From the NCBI RefSeq assembly GCF_009834535.1, contig NC_045696.1, positions 41,790,001 through 41,854,000 on the forward strand: a stretch of 64,000 nucleotides of DNA. The letters are read 5' to 3'. The DNA is from Camelus ferus. Lineage: Eukaryota. The notes under the pieces were generated by a model. That model was not told the origin of the DNA, did not search any database, and was given only the letters and a program-made list of their open reading frames with translations. The translations under genes and the position numbers were made by a program. Of this stretch, positions 14,011 through 28,353 are shown piece by piece (the stretch's first letter is position 1; each line of letters begins with the position of its first letter).

Positions 14011-15398
14011 CAGGCAAAGCTCAAAGATTGTGGGTTCAGTTCCCGACCACCACAATAAAGCAAATATTGCAATAAAGCAATTCGCATGAATTTTTCTGGT
14101 TTCCAAGTGCATAAAAAAGTTATGCTTACATTATAAAGTGGACAACAGCATTATGCCTAAAAATTCTCATTTCAAAATACTTTAATTAGAAAATACTTTA
14201 TTGCTAAAACATGCTAACCACCATTTGAGCCTTCAGTAAGTCACTGTAGTAACATCTAAAATTACATTTTTACAAGGAAGACATATAGGTGGCCAAAAGG
14301 CCTATGAAAAGATGCTCAACATCATTAATTTTTAGAAAAATACAAATCAAACCCACAATGAAGTATCACCTCACACACATCAGAACGACTATCATCAAAA
14401 AGTGTACAAATGATAAATGCTGGGGAGGGTGTGCAGAAAAGGGAAAACTCCTACACTATTGGTGGGAATGCAAATTGGTGTAGCCACTATGGAAAACGGT
14501 TTGGGGGTTCCCTAAAAAACTAAAAACAGAGCTACCATATGATCCAATGATCCCATTCTTCAGTGTGTGTGCATGTGTGTGTGCGTGTGTGTGTATATAA
14601 AAAAAATGAAAATTCTAATTTGAAAAGATACATGCACTTCAATGTTCACAGTAGCACTATTAACAACAGCCAACACATGGAAGCAACCTACGTGTCCACT
14701 GACAGATGACTGGATAAAGATGATGTGGATATATATATACACAACAGAATATTACTCAGCCATAAAAAGAATGAAATACTGCAACAACATGGATGAACCT
14801 AGAGAATATTATACTTAGGTAAGTCATAAAAAGACAAATACTATATATCACTTATATGTGGAATTAAAAAAAATAAAAATGAATCAATATACAAAATAGT
14901 AACAGACTCATAGACAGAAAAACTTACAGTTAACAAAGGAGAGAGATAGGAAAAGAGGGACAAATTAGGAATATGGGATTAAAACATACAAACTACTATA
15001 CATAAAACAGATAAACAACAAGGATTTATCAGATAGCACAGGGAATTATAGTCAGTATCTTGTAATAACCTATGATGGACTATAATCTGAAAAATATATA
15101 TAACTGAATCACTTCACTGTATACCTGAAACTAACACAATACTGTAAATCAACTATACTTCAGTAAAAAAATTACTGACCACAGATCACTATAACAAATA
15201 TAATAATAATGAAAAAGTTTTAAATATTGCTAGAATTACCAAAATGTGACACAGAGACACAAGTGAGCAAATGTTTTGGGGAAAAATGGTGCCAACAGAC
15301 TTGCTCAATGCAGGGTTGCCATAAACATTCAATTTGTAAAAAAGTGCAATGTATGCGAAGCACAACAAAGCAAAGCACAATAAAACAAGGTATGCCTG
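14011..15398 (-). mobile_element. Internally deleted Tigger1 (TcMar) element of about 480 bp, interrupted by an L1
   Basis: Termini caggcaaagctc and aaggtatgcctg+TA match the Tigger1 TIR CAGGCATACCTC; subterminal caccacaataaagcaaatattgcaataaagc and tgacacagagacacaagtgagca. Confidence 0.85.
14266..15167 (+). mobile_element. 5'-truncated L1 3' end inserted in the Tigger1 derivative
   Basis: ORF2 C-terminal remnant MKRCSTSLI...KCWGGCAEKG...WWECKLV; 3'UTR ending aactatacttc; short TSD AAAATTAC at 14258-14265 and 15168-15175. Confidence 0.88.
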
Positions 15399-15670
15399 TA
15401 TATTATGTCCTTATAAAAAGGGCAGAAATAGACACACACAGAGGAAGACAACGTCAAGACCATGTAAGAACCAATGTAACATGTTGGGAGAACATGTAAA
15501 TATGGAGGACTGAATTTCTAAAGAAGAGAGGAGAGACATGGAACAGATTATTCCCTAATGCCTTCAAAGGAAGCATGGCCCTGCTGACACTTTGATTCAC
15601 ATGAAGAGTGAAGGTATTAAACAATCTAATCAAAGGCAGAGATTGTCAGAGTAGATTAAAAAACAAGATC

Positions 15671-16028
15671 TTCTATGTTCTGAATATTTGTTCCCCTCAA
15701 AATTCTTATTTTGAAATCCTAACCCCCAAAGTAATAGTATTAGGAGGTGGGGCCTTTGGGAGGTGATTGGGTCATGAGGGTAGAGCCGTCACGTATCAGA
15801 TTAGTGCTCTTATAAAAAAGGCTCAAGAGAGACCCCTTCTATCCCTCGAGGATAAAGCAAAAAAAACCAGACATCTATGAACTAGAAAGCCAACACCAGA
15901 CACTGAATCTGGAAGTGCAATGATCCTGAGATTCCCAGGCTCCAGAATTATGAAAAATAAATGTTTGTTGTTTATAAGCCACCTAGACTATGTCTATTGG
16001 GACTGGTAATAATGAAATATCAAAGACA
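15671..16028 (+). mobile_element. MLT1A-type MaLR solo LTR
   Basis: gtattaggaggtggggcctttgggaggtgatt...tgtttataagccacc; 5-bp TSD AGATC at 15666-15670 and 16029-16033. Confidence 0.85.
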
Positions 16029-17884
16029 AGATCCAACTATATGTTCTCAACAAGAGATACACTTTGAATTCAAGAAACAAACAGATTCAAAGTAAAAGAG
16101 TGGAAAAAGGTATACCATGTAAACAGCAACCTTAAGGCAGGTGGAGTGGCTATGTTATTATTAGACAAAATAGACTTTAAAGCAAAAAAAAAAAAAAGGA
16201 GAGACAATGAGGAACATTTCATTGACAAGGGTTAATTTATCAAGAAGACATACTGATTATAAATATACATATATCTACTAATAGAACCACAAAATACACT
16301 AAGCAAAAACTAACAAAAAGGAGAAATTAATGATTCAACAGTAATAGTTCAACACTTAAAAACCCCAGTCTTGAAAATGGAGAGAACAACTAGATAGAAA
16401 ATCAGCAAGGATACAGAAGGCTTGAGTAACACTACCAAACAACTCAATCTAATGGACATCTATAGAACACTCTAACAAATAGAACAGAATGAACTTTCTT
16501 TTCAAACACACAGAATGTTCTCCAAGAAGATCATATGCCACAAATAAACCTCAGTAAATTTATAAGAAGTGAAATCATACAAAATGTTCTCAGACCACAA
16601 TGGAATTCAATTAAAAATTTAAAACAGATAAATAAGTCATGGGGATGTAATGTACATCATGGTGATCATTTCACAACATATACAAGTAGAGAATCATTAT
16701 GTTGTATACCTGAAATTAATATAATGTTGTATGTCAATATCTCAACAAAAGAAGGAAATCTTTGAAATTTAAAAATATGGAGAAATTAAACAAATGGATC
16801 AATCATACCAGCAATTAGAAAATACTTTTGAGATTAATGAAAAGAAAATCACAACATACCAGAATTTGTAAGGTGTAGCTAACTCAGCACTTAGAATAAA
16901 ATTTAAAACTAAATATCTATATTAGAAAAGAAGACAGGTCTCAAGTCAATAACCAAACCATACACCTTAAGAAATTACAAAAAGAAGTACAAACTATGTC
17001 CAAAACAAGGAGAATAAGGAAAATAAGATTATAGTGGACATAAATGAAATTGAATAAGGAAAACCAACAGAGAATATTGATGAAACCAAAAGTTGGTTCT
17101 TTGAAAAGATCAACAAAATTTATAAATATCTAGACAGACTGAACAACAACAACAAAAAACACTCAAATTACTAAAATCAGGAATGAAAGACGGGTCATCA
17201 CTAACAATATTATAGAAAGTTTAAACAGTATAATAGAATACTATGAACAAATATATGCCAGTTAATTAGATAAGTTACATAAAAACACAAATTCCTAGAA
17301 GGACACAAGGTACCAAAATTGACTTATTAAAAAAAAGAAAATCTCAATAGATTCATGACAAGCAAAAATTTGAATTTGTAATTTGAAAACTTCACAAACA
17401 CACACAAAACACCAGTGACCAGACAGCTTCACTGATGAATTTTATTAAACATTTAAACAAGAATTAATACCAATCTTCCAAAAACTCTTCCAGAAAATGA
17501 AGAAAGAACACTTTTCAACTCATTCTATAAGGCCATTATTAGCCTGATTCCAAAGCCAGACAACGACAACATAAAAAAAAAGGCAGGTGAGCAAATTTCT
17601 CTTCTGAATACAAACATAAGAGTTCCTCAATAAAATCCTAGCAAACTGAATCCAGTAATATATAAATGGGATCATCAATCAGGATCAAATGGGATTCATC
17701 CCAGGAATGCAAAATTAGTTTAAGATCTAAAAATCAATTTATGTAATACATTATATTAATACAGGATACCAATCACATGTAATAAATGCAGAAAAGGCAT
17801 TTGACAAAATCAACACACATTCATGATAAAAAGCCTCCAAAAAATGAAGAGCAGAAGGGAACTACCTCAACATGAAAAAAAGCA

Positions 17885-18268
17885 TGTCTTCGTCTGTTCA
17901 GGCTATAACAAAATATCACAGACTCAGCAGCTTATAAACAACAAACACTTATTTCTCACGGTTCTGGAGGCTGGGAAGTCCAAGATCAGGATGCCAGTCA
18001 GCATGGCTGGGTTCTGGTGAAGGCCCTCTTCTGGGTTGTAGACTGCGGACTTCTCACAATGTTCTCGCGTGGTAGAAAGGACCAGGAAGTTCTGTGAGGT
18101 CCTTTTTTTTTTTTTTTTAATAAAAAGAGCACTAATTCCATTCATGAGGGCTCCACTCTCATGACTTAAGCACCCCCTCAAGGGCCCCACCTCTAAATAC
18201 CATCACTTTGGGCATTAGGATTTCAACACATGAACTCTGGGGAGATAACAAACATTCAAACCATAGCA
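17885..18268 (-). mobile_element. MLT1A-type MaLR solo LTR
   Basis: tgtctt...ttatttctcacggttctggaggctgggaagtccaagatcagg...cattcaaaccatagca. Confidence 0.88.
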
Positions 18269-19004
18269 GGACATCAATGAAAAAACCTATAGCTAACATC
18301 ATACCTAATAGTGAAACACTGAATGCTTTCCCTCTGAGAGTGGGAACAAAACAAAGATTTCCACTCTCACCTCTTCCATTATACATTGTCTAAGTTCTAG
18401 CCAGGGCAATTAGGCAAGGGGGAAAAAAATTAAAAGCCTCTAGTTGAAAAGGAAGAAGTAAAACTGTCTTTACTTGGAGATGACATGATCTTGTATATAC
18501 AAAATTCTAAGGAATCTACTAAAAACTCCTAGAACTAATAAGACAAACAGGGTCACAGTATATAAGGTCAACATACATAAATCAGTGGGATTCCTAAAAT
18601 ACTTCTATTCACAACAGCACCAAAAAAAAAAAAATACTTGGAAACAAATTTAACAATAAAAGTCCAAGACACACTGAAAGCTACAAAACACTGTTGAAAT
18701 ACACTGAAGAAGACCTAAATAAATGGAAAGATAGCTCATATTCATTAATCAGAAGACTTAACTTGTTAAGATGACAAAACTTCCCAAACTGGTCTACAGA
18801 TTCAACACATCCTCTACCAAAATCCTTGCTGGCTTTTTGTTAAAAATGACAACCTGATTCGAAAATTCAACTGAAAATGCAAGGAACCCAGAACCAAATG
18901 ATCTTGAAAAATATTATAAACTTAAAAGACTCACACTTCCCAATTTCAAAACTTACTACAAAGTTGCAATAATACAGTATGCAGTACACAGTGGTACTGA
19001 CACA

Positions 19005-19096
19005 AAAACAGACAAATAGATTAATGGACTAGAATTCCAAATTCAGAAATAAAATAGACATATAGATTAATGGACTAGAATTCCAAATCCAGAAAT
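19005..19096 (+). repeat. 46-bp tandem duplication within L1 ORF2
   Basis: aaaa(c/t)agaca(a/t)atagattaatggactagaattccaaat(t/c)cagaaat x2, 3 mismatches. Confidence 0.9.
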
Positions 19097-20419
19097 AAAC
19101 CTTTATATTTACTGTCAATTGATTTTCAACAAAGGGAGCAAAAAAAATTGATATCTTTTCAATAAATGTTGCTCAGACAATTGCATATTCACAAACAAAA
19201 TACAAATTTGGATGCCTATCTCATGTTATACTCAAAAATTAATTCAAAATAGATAAAAGATCTATATCCAAGAGCTATAACTATAAAATTCTTAGAAGAA
19301 AACACAACAGTAAATCATCATTATCTCAGATTAGGCAACAGTTTCTTAGATACGACAACGAAAGCATAGCAACAAAAGAAAAATAGATAAATGGGACGTC
19401 ATCAAAATGAAAAACTGGTGTGCTTCAAAGGACAACATCAAGAAAGTGAAAAGTTGAGTGGGAGAAAATATATGCAAATCACATATCTGATAAGGATTTG
19501 TATCCAGGATATATAAAGAACTCTTATAACTCAACAATAAAAAGATAAACAGTATAATTTTTAAATGGGCAAATGATCTAAACAGACATTCCTCCAGAGA
19601 AGATATACAAATGACCAACAGGCACATGAAAAGACACTCAGTATCGTTAGGAAATGCATATCAAAACCACAATGAAATACCATTTCACACCCACTAGGAC
19701 AACTATGAAAAGAAGGAAGGAAGGGAAGGAGGGACGGAAAATAAGGATCGGTAAGAATATGGAGTCACCAATATGTTTATTTTCTACAGCCAATTTACTT
19801 GAAAGGTGAGAATTCAGACCTAGTAGCTTATAGAGTGCTCTGACATAAATTCAAGAACTCCAATTAATCTTCTAATCTGTGCAAACTCCCAACAATTGTA
19901 ATTTTTACTTTGTTACTATCATTTTTTATTCATTCACTATTCTAAAAAGGGTAATACCCTTTTGAAAATAACAACTTTTTAAGCATTTACTGATGTCCAA
20001 CACTAAAAATTTAGCTCTGAATTCCTTCTGTTAATGATTGTAATTTGAATCCCCCAGATATTTAATTCCAGTATATCCATAATTTATTAATATATGACTA
20101 TAAGACCACAGTTGCTAAATGGAGCATCTTTTTCATTGCAGACCACAAATGCTGAATCAAGCATTTTAATGAGTCTATATATAACTCTTGCTTTATTAGC
20201 TAAGGCTTATCAAGATATTCCAAACACACAAAAACAAGGAGTTAAGATAACTTAGAATCACAAAAAGTCAGAGCTTACAATTAACCGTACCCACTGAATT
20301 CAATCTTTGTATTGTAAAAACTGTGGTAATTGAGACCCAAAGAGGTTAAATGAATCACCCATTGTCACACTATACATAGTATAAGCCCATCTTACATCAC
20401 ACACACACATTTATCTTAC

Positions 20420-20517
20420 CTTTCTGGTGACATCTTAGAAGTGGCAGGACGTCCACGTACACCTTTTTTACTTTTATGGTCTAGAGAGAGGACCTTATTT
20501 CTTAAGCTTCTTTTCCA
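20420..20517 (-). CDS. SENP7: SENP7 coding exon 4, [32 protein letters not shown](R)
   Basis: Acceptor tttttttccttag|TGG and donor AG|gtaaga; 98 nt. Matches recalled SENP7 WERSLRNKVISLDHKNKK...TSKSSPER. I found no further exon to the left, so the gene probably continues beyond position 1. Confidence 0.93.
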
Positions 20518-21139
20518 CTAAGGAAAAAAAATGGAATTTCAATAATAAATACAGCAATATGGCAATTAAGAGGCATTTAAATTTTCTTTTTATTTACAGA
20601 TTCAAGATAAACAGCCAAATTTATAATGGTTCACAGAGGAGGGGGGTAAGTACAATCTACAACACACCTGGCTCTTTTGCAGTGTGGAAATAAAAGTCCA
20701 CTACATAATATTAGAAAGATATTTTAAAATGTCAAGGTAACTTTAGTCAGGAAATCAACACTTTGAGATTCAAGAGCTTACATAACTAAGAAAATGTGAA
20801 TGTACTGAATAAAAAAACTATTACATGCCAGGTTAAATAATCTATGATTCTGAAGTAACTGCATTTATAAACAACTGGAAGGGATTACAAGTTTCCCTGT
20901 GAATTGCTACATGGAAAAACTTTAGGAATGAGTCAGATATCTTACTAACAGCATTTAGATTTAATCCAACTAGGAATAAAAGTTAAAATTGATTTAGTTA
21001 ATATACAAATAGTGTGAATCTAGGCAAATAAATTATTTATCTTCTCTATGCATTAGTTTCCTTGCCTGAAAATGAATGTAACAATAGTAGCAATCTTACA
21101 AGGATTTATAATGATTATATATGTAATAAATTTAAAACA

Positions 21140-22505
21140 CTGTCTTCTCAGAGATTTAGTACATAGCAGCATCGTTGATGATAGCTAAACGGTGGCAGCA
21201 ACTCAACTGTCCCATGAATAACATCAATAATAATAAAATGTGACATATACATACAAAATACTACTCAGCCTTAAAAAGGAAGGAAATTATGATATATGCT
21301 ACAAGATAGATGAACCTTGACGACTGTGAGATAATAAAAAATATTTATATTGGTTTCTTCCCCCAGTTCCTGGCGGAGAGCTCCTAAAACCCTTTTAATT
21401 TCCTGGGTTATAGGAGTGACTTTTGCCCTAATGAGGTGACTCTGGGTGAGCTCCTGGATGGCTCCTGGATAGGGGCCAAGTCAGAAGAAAGACCAAGCCA
21501 ATATCAAAAGCTTGGAATTCTCAGCCCTGCTCTCCCATTCTCTAGAAAGGAAGAGGGCTGAAAATAGAGTTCATTATTGATCATGCCTATGTGAGGAAGC
21601 CTTCATTAAAACCCCAATAGTATGAAGTTGGAAGAGCTTTCAGATTGGTGAACACATCCACATACCAGGAAGGTGGCACACCCCAATTCCAGAGACAGAC
21701 GCTCCTGCACTCAGGACCTTCCCAGACCTTGCCCTATGTGTGTCTTCATTTGGCTGCTCATCTGTACCCTTTATCATATCCTTTAATAAACTGGTAAGTG
21801 TAAATAAGTGTTTCTCTGGGTTCTATGAACTGCTCTAGCACAAAGTCATCAAACCTGAGAAGGGAGTCACAGGAATCTCAGATTTATAGCCAGCCAGTCA
21901 GAAGTACATGACAACCTGGACTTGTGATTGGCATCTGAAGTAGAGTGAGAGCAGTCTTAGGACCGAGCCCATAACCTGTGGGATCTGAAACTATCTCCAG
22001 GTAGACAGTGTCAAAATAGAGAGAAATTATAGAACACCCAGCTAATAGCCCAGAGGATTGCATGGTGGGGAAAAACTCTCAAATATCTGGTGTGAGAAGT
22101 GCTGTGAGTATGACAGTAGTATGAGAGTACAGGAGAAACACAGGAGGATGATGGGTTTTTCCCAACGCAATGACATTATGGTAAGTAAAATAAGCTAGTA
22201 ACAAAAAGACAAATACTGTATGATTCAAGTTATATGAAGTATGTATAGTAGTCAAATATGCAGAAATAGAAAGTAGTAGAATAGTGGTTGCCAGGGGATG
22301 GAAGAGGTGAAAATGGAAATATTATTTAAAGGGTATAGTGTTTTGGTTATGCAAGATGTAAAGAGTTCTGGAGATGGATGGTGGTGGTGGTGGTTGTACA
22401 ACAATGTGAATGTACTAAATGCCAGTGAACTGTACCCTTAAAAATGGTTAAGATGATACATTTTATGCTATGTGTATTTTATCATAATTTAAAATAAATT
22501 TTTAA
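21140..22505 (+). mobile_element. L1MB-like 3' end, interrupted by an LTR
   Basis: gatgaaccttga[..]gacattatggtaagtaaaataagc is continuous across the LTR; ends aaaaatggttaagatg...ataattt. Confidence 0.8.
21325..22169 (+). mobile_element. MER21-like ERVL solo LTR
   Basis: TG...CA termini; ttcctggcggagagctcctaaaaccctt; aataaactggtaag polyA signal; 5-bp TSD ACGAC/ATGAC. Confidence 0.8.
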
Positions 22506-24689
22506 AAGATTAAAAAAAAATTCAAGTAATGAAAAACATCTTAAACAAGATAGTCCTCAATAAACATTGTCCTTTTTACTTTCCAGGCACTGTTATCTCA
22601 TTATCACCATAGTTCTGCATAGTATAAAACTCATACTTTACAAGTAGGAAGTAAAGTTCAGAGAATAAATCTGACCAACGAAACCAAGTCTGTCTGACAT
22701 AAAAGCCTATGCTCCTTCCAATGCTGTAATTTTAAATAATACAAATTCTCAAAAATTCTTCATATCAAGCTATCAACCTAAACATAGTCACTTCCATTTC
22801 ACTACAAAATGTAAATGTACCAGTATTTTCAACTAGATTGAAAATACACCTTTTCTCCTATTTTCACTATCACTGTCTTGGTTCTGCCTCTTCTTATTTC
22901 TGATCTAGACTCTTGTGACGTTCTCCTAACGGGATTCCCTGCAAATGGTCTCTTCTCCCTCCAATCCAGCAGCTACTCCATCATGAAAGTTAAATCTTTC
23001 AAAAATGCAAATCTGATGTCATTCTCCAGCTTAAATTCCTAAGCATTTCCCACTACCTAAAGGAGAAAAAAAATAAAGAACTGACTTATCTTTCTCACTT
23101 CTGCTTCCGATGAATCTCCTCTGACAACACTAAACTATATGTAGTTCCCTGAAAGTGCATGCCATTCAGACCCTTTGACATCTCTCTGTACGTGTTTCCT
23201 CTTACTAGAATGTGCTTTTCCCTTCCCAGTTCTCCTTGTCCATTAAGTCCCAGACCCACACCACCTATGAAGCCTTCCTTACTCTCTAGAAGAGTACATC
23301 AGTATCTCTTCGGTAACACCATTTTATATATCTCTATCACTGATAACACTTCTCATAATAAATTATATTATTTGTTTACATCAAACTGCAACCAGAACTG
23401 GGAATAACTAAGCTCACAAGGTGGAATCTCAGAACTACTGGCCAACTAGTTCCCTGAAACTGTTTCACTAATCTCACAGTAAATTCAACCTTCACATTTT
23501 TTGTTATTGAATTTTTTATACCCCACTAATCACAATGTAATTAGGTTTTGCCTATATTTGCAAAATGATGAGAGTACTAGTCTTTGGGTCTCAATTCTGT
23601 AGAGAAAAGAAATGTAATTCCTACCAAAGAGAAGGGAAAAGAATAAGAATTTCTAAACTATTACAAAAAATGAAATAAACACAATGAGACAAAATGAAGA
23701 TAAATGTAATAGCAGAGGAGGGGACTGATTAAAATTTTATTAACTCTAAATAACAGTAAGATGTTTCAATGCCTTTCTCCAATCCTACCATATCCAAGGG
23801 TAACCTGGAGTATACCTAGAGATGTTATCAAGGGAAAACAAAAATCACTTAGATTTGATAAAATTGTTTCTTATATTTAATATCACACTGAAATATTCAC
23901 ATATTTTCTTTTAAAAAGCTAGATTAGAATTGTAGACTGCACAATTTTTATTTTTCACAGATATGATTTTTTACTAAATGAATTAAATAATATTTTATTC
24001 ATCTCTGAAAAAATAAAAATCAGATAATAAAGAATTCTCCCACAATCTGATTATGAATGGGAATTTATTCACATACCTATTCTGAAAGCTATCTGATCAC
24101 AAATAGGAAGTTAGAAATAGTATGAAATAGTTTCAATTTAAATATGAAGAAGACTTTTAGAAGAATAAAAGACTTTGTTTATAGACAAGATCAACTCATT
24201 TAGTCACCTAATTTTGAAACTCTCATTCTGGCAGGGATATCAAAATAAAATACCATAATTAAAATTAAATGTTCCATAGGAACTCGACTGAAATTTTTCT
24301 TGGACAAAATCAATTCTACATGCATTCTAAGTGGTGCAGGGTTCTCAGTCTCAACTGAATGCCTCCTTGGATACTAAAAAGAAGCCAAATCTGCATCCGG
24401 AAGAAAATATTGACTTTGCTCACAACTACTTATCCCTGTCACAGCTCACTGTAATAAAGATGGATGATGACTTTTCACCCAATTGAGATTAATGTTTATG
24501 ATTTAACTTTTATTTCAGGATTTTAATTCTATTGACTATTCATCTAATTTCCAAATTAGGAACATGTAATGCCAACAATGAAAACATTTATCAGAAAACA
24601 TAAGCTGAAATTATTTGCTAACCAATATCTACTGAACAGCTGGATAAACTGGGGGTTGGGAGAAGGTCTGGGGAATCTGCTATTCTCGT

Positions 24690-24955
24690 CAACCAGTTTT
24701 CCCCGTGTATAACTATGGAATAATATCATCACCAGGAAATTGACACTGAAACAATCCATGACCTTATTAAGATTTCACCTGCTTTACATGCACATGTATG
24801 TGTGCGTGTATTTAGTCTTATGCAATTTTATCACATGTACACATCTCTGTGACTACAAGCAAAATCAAGACACAGAACAACTGTATCATGAAGATCTTTT
24901 CTGCTACCCTTTTATAAATCGAGCTGCCACCCTCCATGCCATAAGCCCTGTGCCT
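24690..24955 (-). mobile_element. Old L1 3'UTR fragment (antisense)
   Basis: ttagtcttatgcaattttatcacatgtaca...ctgctacccttttataa. Confidence 0.55.
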
Positions 24956-27900
24956 GTAGGCCCTCAGAGTTTTCCTAGCAACTCAAACAAACATTTGAGA
25001 AGAAAATAAAATGAATCCTATACAACCTATTCTATCAACTACAAGAGAACAATTCCCAGTTCATTCTATAAGGCAAATATTACACTGATACCAAATTGAT
25101 GTAGTGACAGTACAAGAAAACTAAAGACCAATATCCCTGGTAAGTACAGACAAAAATACTCAACAAAAATTTGCTAATCAAAACCAGCAATATATAAAAA
25201 GAGTAATACAATATGACTGATTAGAGTTTATTCTAGGACATAAAAGTGGTTCAATATCTGAAAATCAACCTATGATTTAAAAAAAAAAAGACCCTACTCT
25301 ACATTATATATAATAAACTCACTTGAAATACAAAGACACAAACAGATTAAAACTAAAGGGATGAAGAAAGATATACCATTCTAACAAAACTAAAGAAAGT
25401 TAGAGTAGCTGTATTAACTCCAGACTGAGACTTCAAGGGAAAAAAAAAAGTATCAAATTTTGAGGATACAGGGATAAAGAGGAATATTACAGAATAATAG
25501 ATGGGTTAATTCTCCAAGAAGACATAACAAACCTTGCTGCATATATGCTTAACAACAGAGCACCAAAATACACAAGGCAAAAACCAACAGAAATACAAGG
25601 ACAAATAGGCAAATCAACAATTATAGTTAAAGACTTCAATATGACTCCATCAGAAATAGACAGATCCAACAAGCAGAAAATCAATAAGGACATTAGTTGA
25701 ACTGAAAAAAACCATCAATCGACTGGATCTAATTAATATTTATAGAATACTTCAACTAAAAACAGAAGAATACACACTCTTCTCAAGCTCACATGCTTAA
25801 AAGGAAATCTGTAGCATTCAATGCATGTATTGAAAAAGGAGACAATTCTAAAACCAATAATCTAAACTTTCAGTTTTGGAAATTTCAAAAAGAAGGGCAA
25901 ATTTATTCCAGAGTAAGCAAAAGAAAAGAAAGAAAGAAAAGAGCAGAAATCAATAAAGTTGAAAATAGGAAATCAACGCAGAAAATCAACTAAACCAAAA
26001 ACTGGTTCTTCGAAAAGATCAATAAAAATGATAAACCTCTACACAGGTTAACCAAGAAAAAAAAAGAAGACATGAATTACTAATATCAAAAATCAAGGAG
26101 GGAGGATCAGTACTGATGAAATGGACATTATACAGAAGTAATAAAGAAATGCTATAAACAACTCAAAGCCCACAAATTTGAAAATGTAAGTGAAATGGAC
26201 CAACACCTTGAAAGACAGAATTGACCAAAATTTACAAAAGTAGAAATACATAATCTGAGTATAGCCATATCTATTAAAGAAATTGAATCAGTATTTAATA
26301 CTTTCCAAAATAGGAAGCACTGGGCCCAGTTTGGGTCACTGGTGAATTCTACCAAACATTTAAGGAATCAATTATAAAAATTCTCCACAATTTCTTCCAG
26401 AAAATGGAAGCAGAACACTTCCAAACTCATTCTATGAGACAGGCATTACCTTAATACCAAAACCAGAAAAATACATTACAAAAAAAGAAAACTACATAAT
26501 ACCTCTTACGATCAAGGTGCAAAAATTCTCAGCACAATCAAATCCAACAAAGTATAAATAGAATTATATATCATGAACAAGTGAGATTTATTTCAAGTAT
26601 GAAATGTTGGTTAAGCATCTGAATAATCCATTAATGTCAACAAGCTAAAGAAGAAAAATGAAATGGTCATATCAATAGATGAAGAAAAAGAATTTGACAA
26701 AAACCCAAAAGCCATTTGTGATTTTTTTAAACTCTCAGCAAACTAGGAATAAAGGAGAATATTTTTAATCTGATAAAGAATATTTACAATAAACCTACAG
26801 CCAACATACTTAATGGTGAGGAACCATATGCTTTCATATTAAGATTGAGAACAAAGCAAGGATGTTACCTTTCACCACTCCTATTCAACCTCATACTGGA
26901 AGTCCTACATAATGAAATATGACAAGAAAATGAAATAAAAGGTATACAGATTGGGAAAGAAAAAATAAACCTTTTATTTGAGATGACATAAGTATCTATG
27001 AAGAAAATCCCAAAGAATCAATTTAAAAAAAAAACTTCTTGAACTAATAAGCAATTATAGCAATGGTTCAGGAAATAGGATGAATATACAAAAATTAATT
27101 GCTTTCTTACATGAAAGAAATTCTTACTATTAGAATTTGAAGTTAAAAACACAATACCATTTACATTAGCTGGAAAATTAAACACTTAGGTACAAATCTT
27201 TAAAAAGACGTATAAAATCTATATGAAAAAACTATAAAATTCTGATGAAAAATATCAAACATACAAATAAACAGATATCCCATGCACATGGATAAGAAGA
27301 TTCAACACTGTCAAGATGTCAATTCTTCCCAACTTGATCTATAGAATCAACACAATTCCAATCAACATTCCAGCAAGTTATTTTGTGGGTATCAAGAGAC
27401 TGATTCTAAATTTTAAATAGAAATGTGAAAGACCCAGAATAGCCAACACAATTTTAAAGAACAAGCTCAGAGGATAGATACTCCCACCTTCAAGACTTAC
27501 TATAAAGTTATAGTAACCAAAAGGCCTGGTATTGATGAAAGAACAGACAAATAGATCAACAGAACAGACAGCTGAGAAACAGATCCACACAATGTAATCA
27601 ACTAATTTCTAACAAGGGAACAATGTCAATTCAATGGAGAAAGGCTAGTCTTTTCAACAAATGATGCAAAAACAACTGGACATCCATGTATAAAGAAATA
27701 AAGATACAAATCTTATACCTTTCACAAAAATTAACTGAAAATGGACCATAGATCTAAATATAAAATGCAAAACTGTAAAACTCCCAAAAGATAACACAGA
27801 AGAAAATCTAGGTGACCTTCAGTTGAACAATTACTTCTTAGATATAACACCTAAAGCACAATCCATGAAGGAAAAACTGATAACTTGGACTTCATTAAAA

Positions 27901-28310
27901 TTAAAAACTGCTCTGTGAAAGACACTGTTATTAAGAGTAAAAGTTAAGACACAGACTAGAAAAAAAAATCTTTGCAAACATGTATCTGATAAAGGACTGG
28001 TATCCAAAACATATAATCAACTATTAAAACTCAAAAATAAGAAAATAACCCGATTTTTAAAATGAGACAAAGATATGAACATACACTTCACCAAAGAAGA
28101 TATACAGATGACAAATATGCATAAGAAAAGAAGCTCAATAAAATATGCCATTAGGCAACTGCAAGGTAAAACAGATATCCATACATACCTGTTAGAACTA
28201 CCTGAAAAAAAATCTTCAACCCCATGTTCACTGAAGCATTATTTACAATAGCCAAGGCACATAACAACTTAAGTGTCCATCAGCTGACGAATGGATAAAT
28301 AAAATGTGGT

Positions 28311-28314
28311 ACAC

Positions 28315-28345
<31 letters not shown>

Positions 28346-28353
28346 CATACACA
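28311..28353. repeat. (CA)n microsatellite
   Basis: Directly visible; similar tracts at 14563-14596 (TG) and 46877-46903. Confidence 0.9.

Larger units (their letters stand above)
13868..15600 (+). mobile_element. MaLR MLT1-type LTR, split by a Tigger1 derivative
   Basis: Left half gggttgaaatgtgaccctccaaaa...aggtaatcaagttaaaatgaggtca; right half gtccttataaaaaggg...ggaagcatggccctgctgacacttt. Confidence 0.75.
15605..19710 (+). mobile_element. Degenerate old L1 ORF2 region with nested MLT1 LTRs
   Basis: Colinear endonuclease, RT and C-terminal remnants (KPIANIIPNSETLNAFPLRVGTKQ; gcagaaaaggcatttgacaaaat). Confidence 0.88.
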
